From: Lama glama
Lineage: Eukaryota
Length of the DNA: 64,000 nt
Assembly (NCBI GenBank): GCA_028534125.1
Contig: CM052818.1
Location: forward strand, 37,140,001-37,204,000
Reading direction: 5' to 3'
Shown here: one piece after another, positions 50,231-60,850 of the stretch
How positions within the stretch are numbered: position 1 is the first letter of the stretch
How the letters are laid out: each line of letters begins with the position of its first letter
Made by a program: the position numbers and the translations under genes
The notes under the pieces: generated by a model
Database searches by the model: none
What the model was told of the DNA's origin: nothing
The model's input: only the letters and a program-made list of their open reading frames with translations

Positions 50231-52149
50231 TCAGTGTCATTTTTGACACCTAAAACATGGGCTGATTTGACGTCCCCAAGGGCTCCCTAGCTCACTCTCT
50301 AGGTTTTGTGGTGGCCTGAACTTGTGACACTGTGCAAGGCGGGCTGCAGTTGGGGTGGGGTATGAATGGGGTTCCACGTCCTGGAGGAAGGACTCCGAGA
50401 GGGGCACTGGAAACCTCAGCTCTGCTATGGTGGCGAGTGGTGCTGTGTGCGTGTCGTAAAGCCTGCCCAGGCCACGCCTTCGGATCAAAACTCGGATAGA
50501 TTTTTAAGTAGCATATTCGTTCATTCAGTCATTGATTCTCACATTATTTAACTCAGTAATTCAGCAGATATTTTTATGTGTAATGAACAGTCTGCCAACC
50601 CCTCTTTCTAGGATATGTTTAAAGCCCCCACTTTAAGTTCTTTTGGAAGATTTACCTACCCTGTCTCTTCCTCCCTCCCTCCCTCCCTCCCTTCCTTAGC
50701 ATCCTTGTACCCGACCCTGTAGGAGAGAAGAGCTAACAGTTCTTTGCCCAGGATCTCTGGTGTGGAGCCGGGATGATTTGCAAGCGGTAGACTCTTCCCA
50801 GAGCCAGGCAGGGGTTTGCCGTGCAGGGTCCTCCAGAAAGGTGGGTGTCAATATTTGCTCTGGAGGAGGTACGATAGGGGCATAGGCAGTGACTCATGAC
50901 TATTTAAAACTAATCTGTAGAAGTTATGAAGATCGGAGCTGTACACCTGTGAAAGCGCTAAGCAGAAGGAACAGAGTCATTGTGTCTTCAAGTTAGTTTT
51001 GCCATTACCCACTCTTACTATTTGCCCTGTGTAGTCAACTCCAGATGACTTCCCTCGTGTTTCCCTGTGACTCATTCTTCGAGCTTCAGCTCACGTGCCC
51101 CTCTTCCAGGAAATTCCAATTATAGTGATTGGTGAGTGTGGCCCCTCTGAGCATCTCTGTCCCTTAGTAGCTGCCTGCACATTTCCTGGAGGCCTTGAGG
51201 GGTTCAGAGCTCACAGAGGGCATATTGTTTCTCTTGCCCAGACCTGGCCTCCTTGGAGAGCAAGCCTTAAGTGCAGTCCCTCCCTTCCCATTCTTGAACA
51301 GTGGACACCTTGTTTCAAGGGCGCTGATGACTTCATGATGCTTCAGTGGCTGGCCAGATAGGTAGTTGGATCATACCCTGAGGTTGCCTTGGCCAGGCTT
51401 TCTGTACAGATAAGAACTTAACCCCTGCTGCAGGGAGGCCCATCTTCAGCTGTTTCCACTGTGTGTGTTTAGCTCTTAGTGGTGCCTTGAGGGCTCCTGC
51501 TCCCATCTCTGCAGATTTTCCTGTTGGGACTTTGCATGTGTCAGTTTGCCTGCAGACACTGCTATGGTGTCACAATTGCGACTTGATGAGAGCAATTTTC
51601 CTAACTGAAACAATTCTGGTGATTAACTCCAGCTCCCTTCTGCCAGCCCATACATCTGGATGGGCTGCAGTGTCTACACACACGCACGCACACACGCAGC
51701 CTGAGGGTCCAGCTTCCTGGGCGCTCTAAGACCCACTGGAACTCCCTCTGTAAGCCCTCCCTCCCTTCCTGAGTTAACAGCAGTGTCCCAGATACATGCA
51801 TAACAGGTTTCCAGTTTATTTCTTTTCAACAGCCCTTGGCAAACATTTCTTCCCCCTTTCTCTTTTTATTGCTTGCCTTTATCTGCTAAATCCCTGCTTG
51901 TGGGTCTCCAGCTGCCTTTATAGCACCTGCGCTTGTTAATATCTCCATGTTGTTGCAGTTGCCGCCCTTGGGGTCTTAATGCGGAGCGGGTGGGTATTAT
52001 CAGGGCACTTTCAGGGAAGAGGCTGGGAAGGGAACCTATTAGCAACCAACGCATTATATAGGTTATCTCGTTTAAAACCTTCCTTGTGCAGTAAATATTA
52101 TTTCCCTGACTTTATAATGAGGAAATCTATCCCCAGGAAAGCCCCCCGA

Positions 52150-52720
52150 ATATCATTCTTCTGAAATTCCCTCTACGAGTCAATCTCTCTTCTGCTTAAG
52201 TTCTTTCAGTGGAGTCCTAGGATCTATTACAGAATAAAGATCACATTTCTCAGCCCAGTATTCAAAATCCCTCATGGCTTGGCCCTAATCTACATTTTCT
52301 GTCCCATTGCTCACCCACCACTTTATAAATATTCAGTGATCATCAAATTGAGTTAGTACCCAACCCTTTCCCACCTCTCTACCTGTGCTCCTGCGAGTCT
52401 CCCCTTTATAATGCCCTCCTCAAACTATTTACCCCACATGGGTAATGCTTAATTTTTAAGAAGCAGCGCAGAAATCACAGGCCCCACGCAAACTCACCAG
52501 ACTGCCTCAGCTGGAAGGAATCACTCCCTGCCCCACCATCACAGCACTTAACCTGGGTCTCTCTTTAGTCCTTCTTGTCATTGCTTCGTCTGAAGCTATG
52601 ATGTCCTTGAGGGTGAGAATCAGGTCTGATTTTAATTCATCATCCCACAATATGTCAAGGGCCAAACCTTTCTCAAGGTTTATGCTTTAATAAAACTATC
52701 TGTGGAATGAATGATTTGAG
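52150..52720 (+). mobile_element. L2 fragment
   Basis: tctctcttctgcttaagttctttcagtgg...cagaataaag...ttcaaaatccctcatggcttggccc...ggaatgaatga. Confidence 0.65.
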
Positions 52721-53559
52721 AAAAGTCACCCACCATCTTCTTACTACTGTCTCCATCTGTGGTTAATAACTAGTGCTAAGTAAGAGACTTCTGACTAAAA
52801 CATGAGACACAAAAATTGGTGCTAAATGACTAACTTTCTAAAATTTTTACTTAGTGAGGCTAGTTCTTCTCATACTTCGGAAATGGTTTATCTTTAGTGA
52901 CTATCTTTGCATTTGGTTAAATAGACATGGGTCTCCTTTAATGTAAATTTGGAATTTCAAAATAAAAAAATTTTTTTTGTCCTCAGAATAGGACATATAC
53001 AAATCAAAATCAAAGTAGGCTAATCCCTTTATCCACAGACAGTCGGTGGCTGTGCAAAAATGTACACATGGAATATGAAATATGCTTACCAAGGAACTCA
53101 TGTAGTCAACTTACCTCTCTTGAAGTTAACAGTTAATTTAATCCACAAACTTTAAATGTACGTATAAATGTACATAAATCTTCCCTAAATTTTAGACCTA
53201 TACATTCATTATCAGCTCAAAAACTGTGTGGATAGCCTACAGTTCCCTGGAACCCGAGACACCTAAACTTGAATTTACAGCCCCATGCTCTGTCCAGCCA
53301 CGTCAAGCCACGTATGACCTGTTCTGTCTGCTCTTTGTGATCAAGTAGCGGTGTTCACACCATCTCCTTCATAAGTCGGGTAATTATCCTCTTTTGCTTT
53401 TCCCCCTTTTTCCAATCCTGCTCAAGCAATCAATTATTCAGTACTATTGACTATACTACAGAAATACCTGTAATATATTGCTTCTTTTCTTTTACTCCAC
53501 TGCTATGTGTGCAGTTTTTTTTAATAAAACAAAAGATGGTCAATATTATTAACAATGAA

Positions 53560-53800
53560 CTTAATGTATTAAGTGTCTGCATATTCTGACAGCATGCCAG
53601 GTTCTTGACAGATGTTATCTCGTGTCGCACTAGCAAGAACTCTTTGAAGGAAGGCATTTCAAGCAAAATTTGTCTTATATGAGGAGACTGAGACTTTGAA
53701 AGTTGAACTTCCCAAAGTTTCACCACTGGTAAGTGGCAAAATGGGATTTAAATGAGTCTCTGTGACTCCAAAGCCTAATGTCTTCTGCTAAACCACACTG
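53560..53800 (-). mobile_element. MIR SINE
   Basis: atgaggagactgagactttgaaagttgaacttcccaaag...ctggtaagtggc...tgactccaaagcc. Confidence 0.75.
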
Positions 53801-53959
53801 CCTTTCAGTGAAGAAAATGATAGATTTGATTTAAAGTATCCATCGGTTTATTCTGCAGAGCTGCTGAGTGCGCACATGTGCCGGGCTCTGTATTAGACTG
53901 ATGATGGAGTGATGCACGTGTTTCTAGAGGAGCTCCTGGGCTCATCAGGGTTGGGTGAG

Positions 53960-54320
53960 GTCATGCTAGGGTAGCAGATACCTGGAACAGCTCAGTCACT
54001 TCACAAACATACATTTTTGTTGCTCACACACGTCACTTACCTGCTGATGGTTGGCTGAGGGCTCTGCTCCGTGTCATCCCTTTCCTTACCAGGACCCAGG
54101 GTGATGGAGCAGCCACTTTCTGCAACATTGCTGGTTCCCTTGACAGTGGGTTAATAGAGTTTAATTGCTGGCTCCTAATGCTTCTAACCATAAATGTTGT
54201 CAGCTGGTTAGAAGCGCACACTTCATAGGCCAAAGAAAGTCACATGCCACAATCAGGAAAGGAGGAAGGTAGGGGAAGGGCAGTAAATATTGCAGAGTAG
54301 TAATACAGCTTACCACATAG
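53960..54320 (-). mobile_element. Old MaLR LTR (MLT1K-like)
   Basis: aggacccagggtgatggagcagccac...ggccaaagaaagtcacatgcc. Confidence 0.6.
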
Positions 54321-55487
54321 ATGCAGAAAGTCAGTTATACACATCCTACTGGGAAAGAAGCTTTAGTCTCCTCTCCCTTCATTAGAAGTGCCCCGAGGAT
54401 GGAAGGCTTGCTAATGTGACTCGTTCAGGGCACTGGTTGTGCTCTCCAGCACTTCCTGCTGCCCCGAGGTAGACAGCCCTGGAGAGCTGACCCTTAGGAA
54501 GGAGCTAGCTCATGCCCTTCTCTGTATATTCTGCAGTATTTGATAGAATGGCAAACTGAGGTGGCACCTTCTTTGGTTTGGCAACACCACCTTTTCTCTT
54601 TGCTCTGATCTCTTTTTTGTTATGGGCTACTAAGATGGTGGTAAGAGGCCAAGTTTAGATCTCACAGCAGTGGGAGGGAGGAACCAGGAAGCCCCATTTA
54701 GGCCTTGAGCCAAATCCACTTCTCCTACCCAATGTTTAGGAGACTTCAGCACTGGGACACTCCTGGCGCTGATGCAGGATAGTACTTTGTATCCCATTTG
54801 GCTTCATTTCCTTAAGACTATAGTCATCAGAATCCTATCTTTAATTAGTAGGATTCAATTTCTTTGTTTTTGGATTCTTGCCTTAATACCATCAAATTTC
54901 CATCAGTATTCAAAAAACATGCCAGTGGAAGCACACGCACATTTTATGGATCACCGGGGAAAACAGAATGATCAATATACTCTGCAGGAAGGTAAATCAG
55001 GAAAAGATGAGTTCTATAGGTCCTGAAGAGTGGGAGGAAGCAGTAGGGCAGAAGAAACAGCAAATCCACAGGGTCGAGACAGAGCATTGCCTCCTAGACA
55101 AATACCATTGGAATATAATGGATTCAGAACAAACGCTTTCTGGTGGGATTTGTCAAAAACCAAAGCCGAGAAGGCCAGATTATTAAAGGCTGCTGGACAT
55201 AGAGAAATTTAAACCTGTATTTTTCATTTCAGAATCTCTATTACTTACTAGGGACTTAATTATTATTCAGGGAATGAATGAAAAAATGTATATATACACT
55301 TATATATAAGGTGTTTAGGCTATTTACTATATGTAGGAATTAAATTATTATTTCTCTATAAGAACCAAATGTAATAAATTACTATTGTTATGTCAATAGT
55401 AAAGATAGAAAAACTGAGCCGTAGAGATACTAAGAGTTTGACATACTATGTATCAAAGATGCCTTTGGCTACAAGTGAAGATATACT

Positions 55488-55890
55488 TGTTGTGAGATAA
55501 TAGAAAATACATATATTGGTCTCTGCCCCTAGTTTTCAGCTGCACCCCTGCTCCCAGCTTCTCCAGAGAGGGGAAAGGGGCTGGAAATGGAGTTAATAAG
55601 TGACCGTGCTGGTGTGAGGCAGCCTCCATAAAATCCCAGTGGTAGTGGGGAGCTTCCTAGTTGAAGTGTTTCTCTGAGTTCTATGAATTGTTCTAGCAAG
55701 TTAATTGAACCCAAGGATGGGGTGGTTGGAACATTCCCTCTAGAGCCAGCTGGTCAGAAGCACAGGTGATAACCAAGGCTTGTAGCTGGTGTCTGAAGTG
55801 GAGGGTGGGAGCAGTGTTGCGGGACTGAGCCCTTAGGCTCTGGGATCTGACACTGTCTCTGGGTGAATAGTGTCAGAACTGAGTTGATGC
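55488..55890 (+). mobile_element. MER21-like LTR
   Basis: atattggtctctgcccc, ggctggaaatggagttaataa, ctgagttctatgaattgttctagcaagttaattgaacccaagg, tggtcagaagcacaggtgataacc, gtgtcagaactgagttg. Confidence 0.8.
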
Positions 55891-56220
55891 ACTTGTCTAA
55901 AAATGTTTTAAATAATAATAAAGGAATATTATTTCTGGCAAGAAGAATGGGAATAATGGTGGTAATTCCCTTCAGGGCTAATTTTGCAACTCAATAATGT
56001 CATTAGGGCCCCAGGCCCTTTCTGCTCTTCTACTTCTGGCCCTTGTGTTTTCTCCTCGTAGTTACAAAATGACTGCCACGGTTCCAGACATCACATGAAC
56101 GCAGGATGATGTCAACTGACAGAAAGGGAGATGACTCTCTGCATGTCCTTATTCGGAAAGCAATTCCTCATAACTATCTTTAGGACAATATCTCAATAGC
56201 CTTTTTGGTATGGCTGTGAG
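55890..56220 (-). mobile_element. Old MLT1-type LTR fragment (its start probably lies at ~55448-55487, split by MER21)
   Basis: gcaactcaataatgtcattagggccccagg...aaaatgactgccacggttccagacatcac. Confidence 0.5.
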
Positions 56221-57368
56221 AACATGATCCACCTGAAATGGCAAAACAAAGAGATTGCATTGCCCTGTTTATGGTGTTAGATAAAATTAGGCATTGGGGC
56301 AAGTAGAGAAGTAGGAGAGGTAAAGTGATTAAAACAAAAAGGAGAGTGAACTGAATGACATTACAGGTGATAGCATGGAATCAAAATTCTGGAAGGCTGA
56401 AGGAATTTTTTGAGAATTTAAAATTTTTTAATTTTCAAACTCAAAGTCTTTGTATCCCTGGGTCTATATTCTGTTCATTTTCCTGATTCCTTTCTAAATC
56501 CTGAAACAGTTAGAAATTCCACATGTTTGTTTTGGAGAGAAAGTCAAGAAAAGGGACTGTATCCCCAACCTCCGTTGGCATAAAGCTCTGCATTTAGATG
56601 AATGTTGGGAAGATTTTGAGTGCACTCATTACAGGAACTTAAAGCTCAAGCCCTGAGAATTATCAGAAATCTTGAGGAAGATGTTGGAATTTCCATAGCA
56701 TGTGACATAGAGCCTTAAGATAATTTTATTTAATTTTCAAAAGACAGGAAGACCTCAAATGTGGGTCACAAACAAGATGGTGCATTAAGTATTCCTAACT
56801 GTCAATCTTCGGCCATATTTCTGATAATCTCCTATGTATAAATTTCCGTAAGAGCAATTAGTGGTCAGAGGTTGTGGCCGTACAGGAAGTCCCTGAAAGG
56901 CATTGCCAAGTGCTGTGACAGGGCTCACGTCCCTGTACCTTTGCCAGAGCTGGAGGATATTGTGATGTTTCAAAGCCCTTGTGTCTGAGATTTTAAGTGC
57001 CTATGCGCTGACCCTGAAGAAGTGCCCACCTTTTGTTCCAGAAATTCCTGCCTGCCTGCAGTCTCAGCCATTATCCATAGTCTGGGTGTATTTGACTGTG
57101 TCTCCTATCCAGATGAAGTGGGAAAAGGTGTAGGCAGAAAGAAGGAAGGCATATGAGATGGATGCAGGATCTAGGAAGGTTACTGTCTAAGGAATAGCAC
57201 GTGGCACAGTCTTAAGGAAATGAGCCCCTTTCCTGAGAAATTGAATTTCTGAGAAGAATCTTTAAGTCTGAGATATCTTGGCCCCAAACTTGAGGTTAGG
57301 TGTTGTCTCTGGAGGATATTCTAATTTCCTCTATATTCCCCACCCCCCACCACCTCCACTGCCTGCAA

Positions 57369-57456
57369 GCACACGTGTGCGCATAGACACACATACGCAC
57401 ATGCACACATACACGCGCACATGCACACATACACACACGTGCACACACGCACGCAC
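57369..57456. repeat. Degenerate (CA)n/(CACG)n microsatellite
   Basis: Direct observation. Confidence 0.85.
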
Positions 57457-58084
57457 TACCATCCTTTGCCACTTCTGAGGTTGCAAAGCTATTGCTTTGA
57501 AGGAAGGACCCAGAGTAGCAAGGATTTGGTGAAACAACTCTTACATTGACCATCACGCTTTCTTTTTACAAGGAATTCATCTTTTGCCTTTGGCCACCTG
57601 GATTAGAGGCAGATCCACTCATAGGAAACAGAATCCAGCATAGTGCTGGAGGCTGGGCTGTGTTTAGGCGCCAGGGGAAAAACCTAATGAATGGTGACAC
57701 TAGGAAGAATGGACTAATCAGGTAAGTATTTTGTTTCTTTTCTGTATCTGCCATATGAGTGCTGTGTGCACCTGGGGGACAGAGCAGGGCATGAGAAATG
57801 CCACTGGGCACTTGAAGTCCTCCCACAGGGAAATTCTGTGTTATGGTGAGGCAGTCTTCAATGTCCTCCAGAGGAAATTCACCAAGCTCCAAGATCCAGC
57901 TTTCCTAAGTTCATTCCATTTAAATACATATGCTGGTGAGGCTTGGGAATGCTTAAACTTAGGTTGTGTCTCCTCACATGTAATGTCATCATCACCATCA
58001 TCACCATCATCTCTCAGCACCACCTACATAATTTTTATCACCATCTCAATTTCCCTTAGAGTCTTAGAAGCCCAGGGTTGATGT

Positions 58085-58232
58085 ACTCACAGTCGTCAGT
58101 TCTGTTTGTCAGTCCACTGGTATGAAGTTGCCTGAGGGCAGGAGCTCAACTTGGTGATCTTAGTGTACTTACCAGGCACCAGTGGGCACTCAACGCGTAT
58201 TTACGATGAATGAGTGAATGCATGCACAAATG
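58085..58232 (+). mobile_element. L2 3' end
   Basis: tgaagttgcctgagggcagg...caggcaccagtgggcactcaac...tgaatgagtgaatg. Confidence 0.7.
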
Positions 58233-58379
58233 AATATGTCATGCCACCATTATTTGTGCAAGGCACCTCTTTTGTTTCATTTAATTTTAATTATGTTCCT
58301 TTTGAACTCCAGTTCCCATTCCCCTCGTGCATAGGCCCTCCCTCCAGTGTCTATAACGGATGTCCTCCCGATTCAGAGA

Positions 58380-59160
58380 GGAAATCCTTCTCTCTCTTTG
58401 CTTTATACTGTCGTGTTATTCCGTGCAAAACTGGTTGATGATCTCTGACTGCGGCAGAGTATTTCTCAGTAAGCTTACACCGCATCTCATGTTTCTGTTC
58501 TCCAGTCGTGAGCACCTTGGTTGTGTCCCCTGCTGTCACAAACGATGTGGACATCCTCACAAATGTCTTCTTAGGGACCTATGAGAGGGCTTCTCTGGGA
58601 CATCAGATCAGGGATAGGATGAATGGGAATCACCGTCTATGTGTATGGTTAATTTCAGTAACTTTTACCAGATTCTCTCCTGAAAGGCACCGGTCGTGCA
58701 TGACTATTTGTTTCCAACACTAGTTTTGCCTACTTTCTAATTTTGCTTATCAGATGATTACAATAATGATTACTGAGTCTGAGCACCTATTATTAGCCTT
58801 TTGGATCCCCTCTGGGTTGCCTCTTCTTACCGTTTATCTGTATTGTATTGGGCTTCTTATCTTGTCTAGATGATTTACAGAAATCCTTCATATACCCAGA
58901 TAATAATTCCTTATTAATATCTCCCAGGCTGCTTCCATTATTGCCTTCACACAGAGTGGCCTTTGAGGTACAGGAATCTTTTTCTGTTTAGTTTTTTTCT
59001 CTCACGATTTATGTAGTTTGAGTTTTGTTTAATAAAGTCTTTCCCACTATAAGGTAAATGACTGTCCAATCTGAGGTAAACATGTATTACATGTTTCTTC
59101 TGTTAATGCTATTGCCTTTCACAATCTCTTTTTTTTTTAATCCACATGTATATTTGAAGT
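58380..59160 (-). mobile_element. Decayed L1ME-type fragments
   Basis: gagcaccttggttgtgtc...acaaacgatgtggacatcct; aatgattactgagtctgagcacct. Confidence 0.5.
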
Positions 59161-59234
59161 TGGTATGTCACAGAGACAGGTAAAAGGAATAGATCAATAG
59201 TCAACTTTTGAGAAGAATTAGCTCATTATTATAT

Positions 59235-59410
59235 ACAGATGTATATATATTTTAAAATTTTAATTTTTATTTTTTCAGGACTTTTTTGGGGGGGCATAAT
59301 TAGGCTTATTTATTTATCTGTTTATTTATGTTAATGGAGGTACTGGGGATTGAACCCAGGACCTCGTGCATGCTAAGCACGTACTCTACCACTGAGCTAT
59401 ACCCTCCCTC
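59235..59410 (-). mobile_element. tRNA-Ala(AGC)-derived camelid-type SINE (vic-1-like) with 13-bp TSD
   Basis: Minus-strand head GAGGGTATAGCTCAGTGGTAGAGTACGTGCTTAGCATGCACGAGGTCCTGGGTTCAATCCCCAGTACCTCCA (59406-59335), with the same tail architecture as the 30844 copy. TSD ctcattattatat at 59222-59234 and 59411-59423. Confidence 0.9.
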
Positions 59411-60689
59411 CTCATTATTATATCTTAAGAAAATAAATTCCAAGCATATTAAAGACCTAACTGTTTTCCTTTTGGTAGAAATTCTGTCTTCTGCTGTTAG
59501 TTGTTCCATTTGTTGTCTTTTTTTTCTTAAATAGCCCATGTTGTCTTTAGACACCTCACTTTTCCCCAGGAGCTCACCTCTTCCACTCTTGTGATCAGCA
59601 GCTGTCTTGGCTGGTAGTGCCATCAGGATGGAGGAGCAAACCTTAGATCCCAGATTGTTCCACTCGGGGATGTGGAAACCCTGGTGTTGCTCTTTACACT
59701 CCATCATTTTTGTGCCCTTTCTAGTGCTCCCTGTTGCTCCCAGAATTCCCTAGTGCTCCCTTCCAGGGTGTCTGCCTCTGTGGTAACGGGCGTAGAATGG
59801 TTGGGGAGATGGAAACAGCTGCATTTCCACCCTGGGAGGAAGCAAGCCACGAATTAGCATGCTGGGGCTACCCTGGGGCTCCGAGTGGAATACCAGCTGT
59901 CTCCCGCTTGATCCCCGGCCTGCCCCACTGTAGGCCGCTGCCCAGACTTACCCATCACTTTCCTGTCTCCCCAGAAACCTCACACACATTTTGCTTAATG
60001 TTTGAGCACCTCTCTTAAATACACAAGCTTCTTTTTTCCCTTCTGGCTTCTTCACAGTTGGTTGGGGAGGGTGCCAGCAGCCTGTCCTTGTTGGCCATGA
60101 TGTGGAGGACTGGAAGCCTGTCAGAAATTTGTCATATTGGGCATCCAGTTTTGGAGATTTGTGCGTGTCAAGTATAATTGTGGAATGCTTGATGAGCTTT
60201 TACTGTATTAAGTTATTTTATTCAGATTGCAACTGTCATCTTTAAAGTTAAAAAGAAACCTTCCAATATTTAGTGTTACTTGTTGGACGCATAATCGTAA
60301 CAAAGGTTTTGCTGAAAATAATAATGTAAAATTGAAAAGTAATCTCTATGAAATTCTATGTGCTCATAATTAATCATTAATCTTCCAACATCTTTGTAAG
60401 AACAGTAGGGTCTCTGTATTATTTCACAAAGGAAGAAACCAGGGTAAAATCTCAAATCACACAGTCCGAATCACAACAGGTATTGGTGACACTTCCTGAG
60501 ACACAACTGGGGAGGTCTTTGTTAAAAGACTTGTGCTTCAGTGACTACGGGCCGCAGGTTCTCCTGGATGGGTTCTGTAGCCATCCTGGCTCTATTTTTC
60601 AAGCTGATGGAAGCTATATTCATCGTTCAGCTTTCAGCAGAAAGGAGTAACCCACCACCCATATCATCCCCACTTAAGATGTCGGGGGG

Positions 60690-60850
60690 ACAGAGTCTAG
60701 GTATGGAAACCCAGAGACATGGCTCCCAGACCTGGGCACATGTCCACCTGAATGCATAATTTGGGGCCAGTTTCTTATCATTCCGGGGCATCAGTTTTCC
60801 AAAATGTGAATGAGGAAGCTGACTTGATACATCTCCCTCTTCATGCAGCT
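60690..60850 (+). mobile_element. MIR SINE
   Basis: ggggcatcagttttccaaaatgtgaatgagg core-like motif. Confidence 0.55.

Noticed and set aside
49537..50253. Overlapping long ORFs (214, 196, 125, 109 aa) on both strands
   Set aside because: Expected in a GC-rich CpG island because stop codons are scarce. They are low-complexity Arg/Pro/Ala/Gly-rich with no recognisable domain.
59306..59707. 133-aa ORF on the - strand
   Set aside because: It runs through the tRNA-derived SINE and L1-like flank, so it is a chance read-through.
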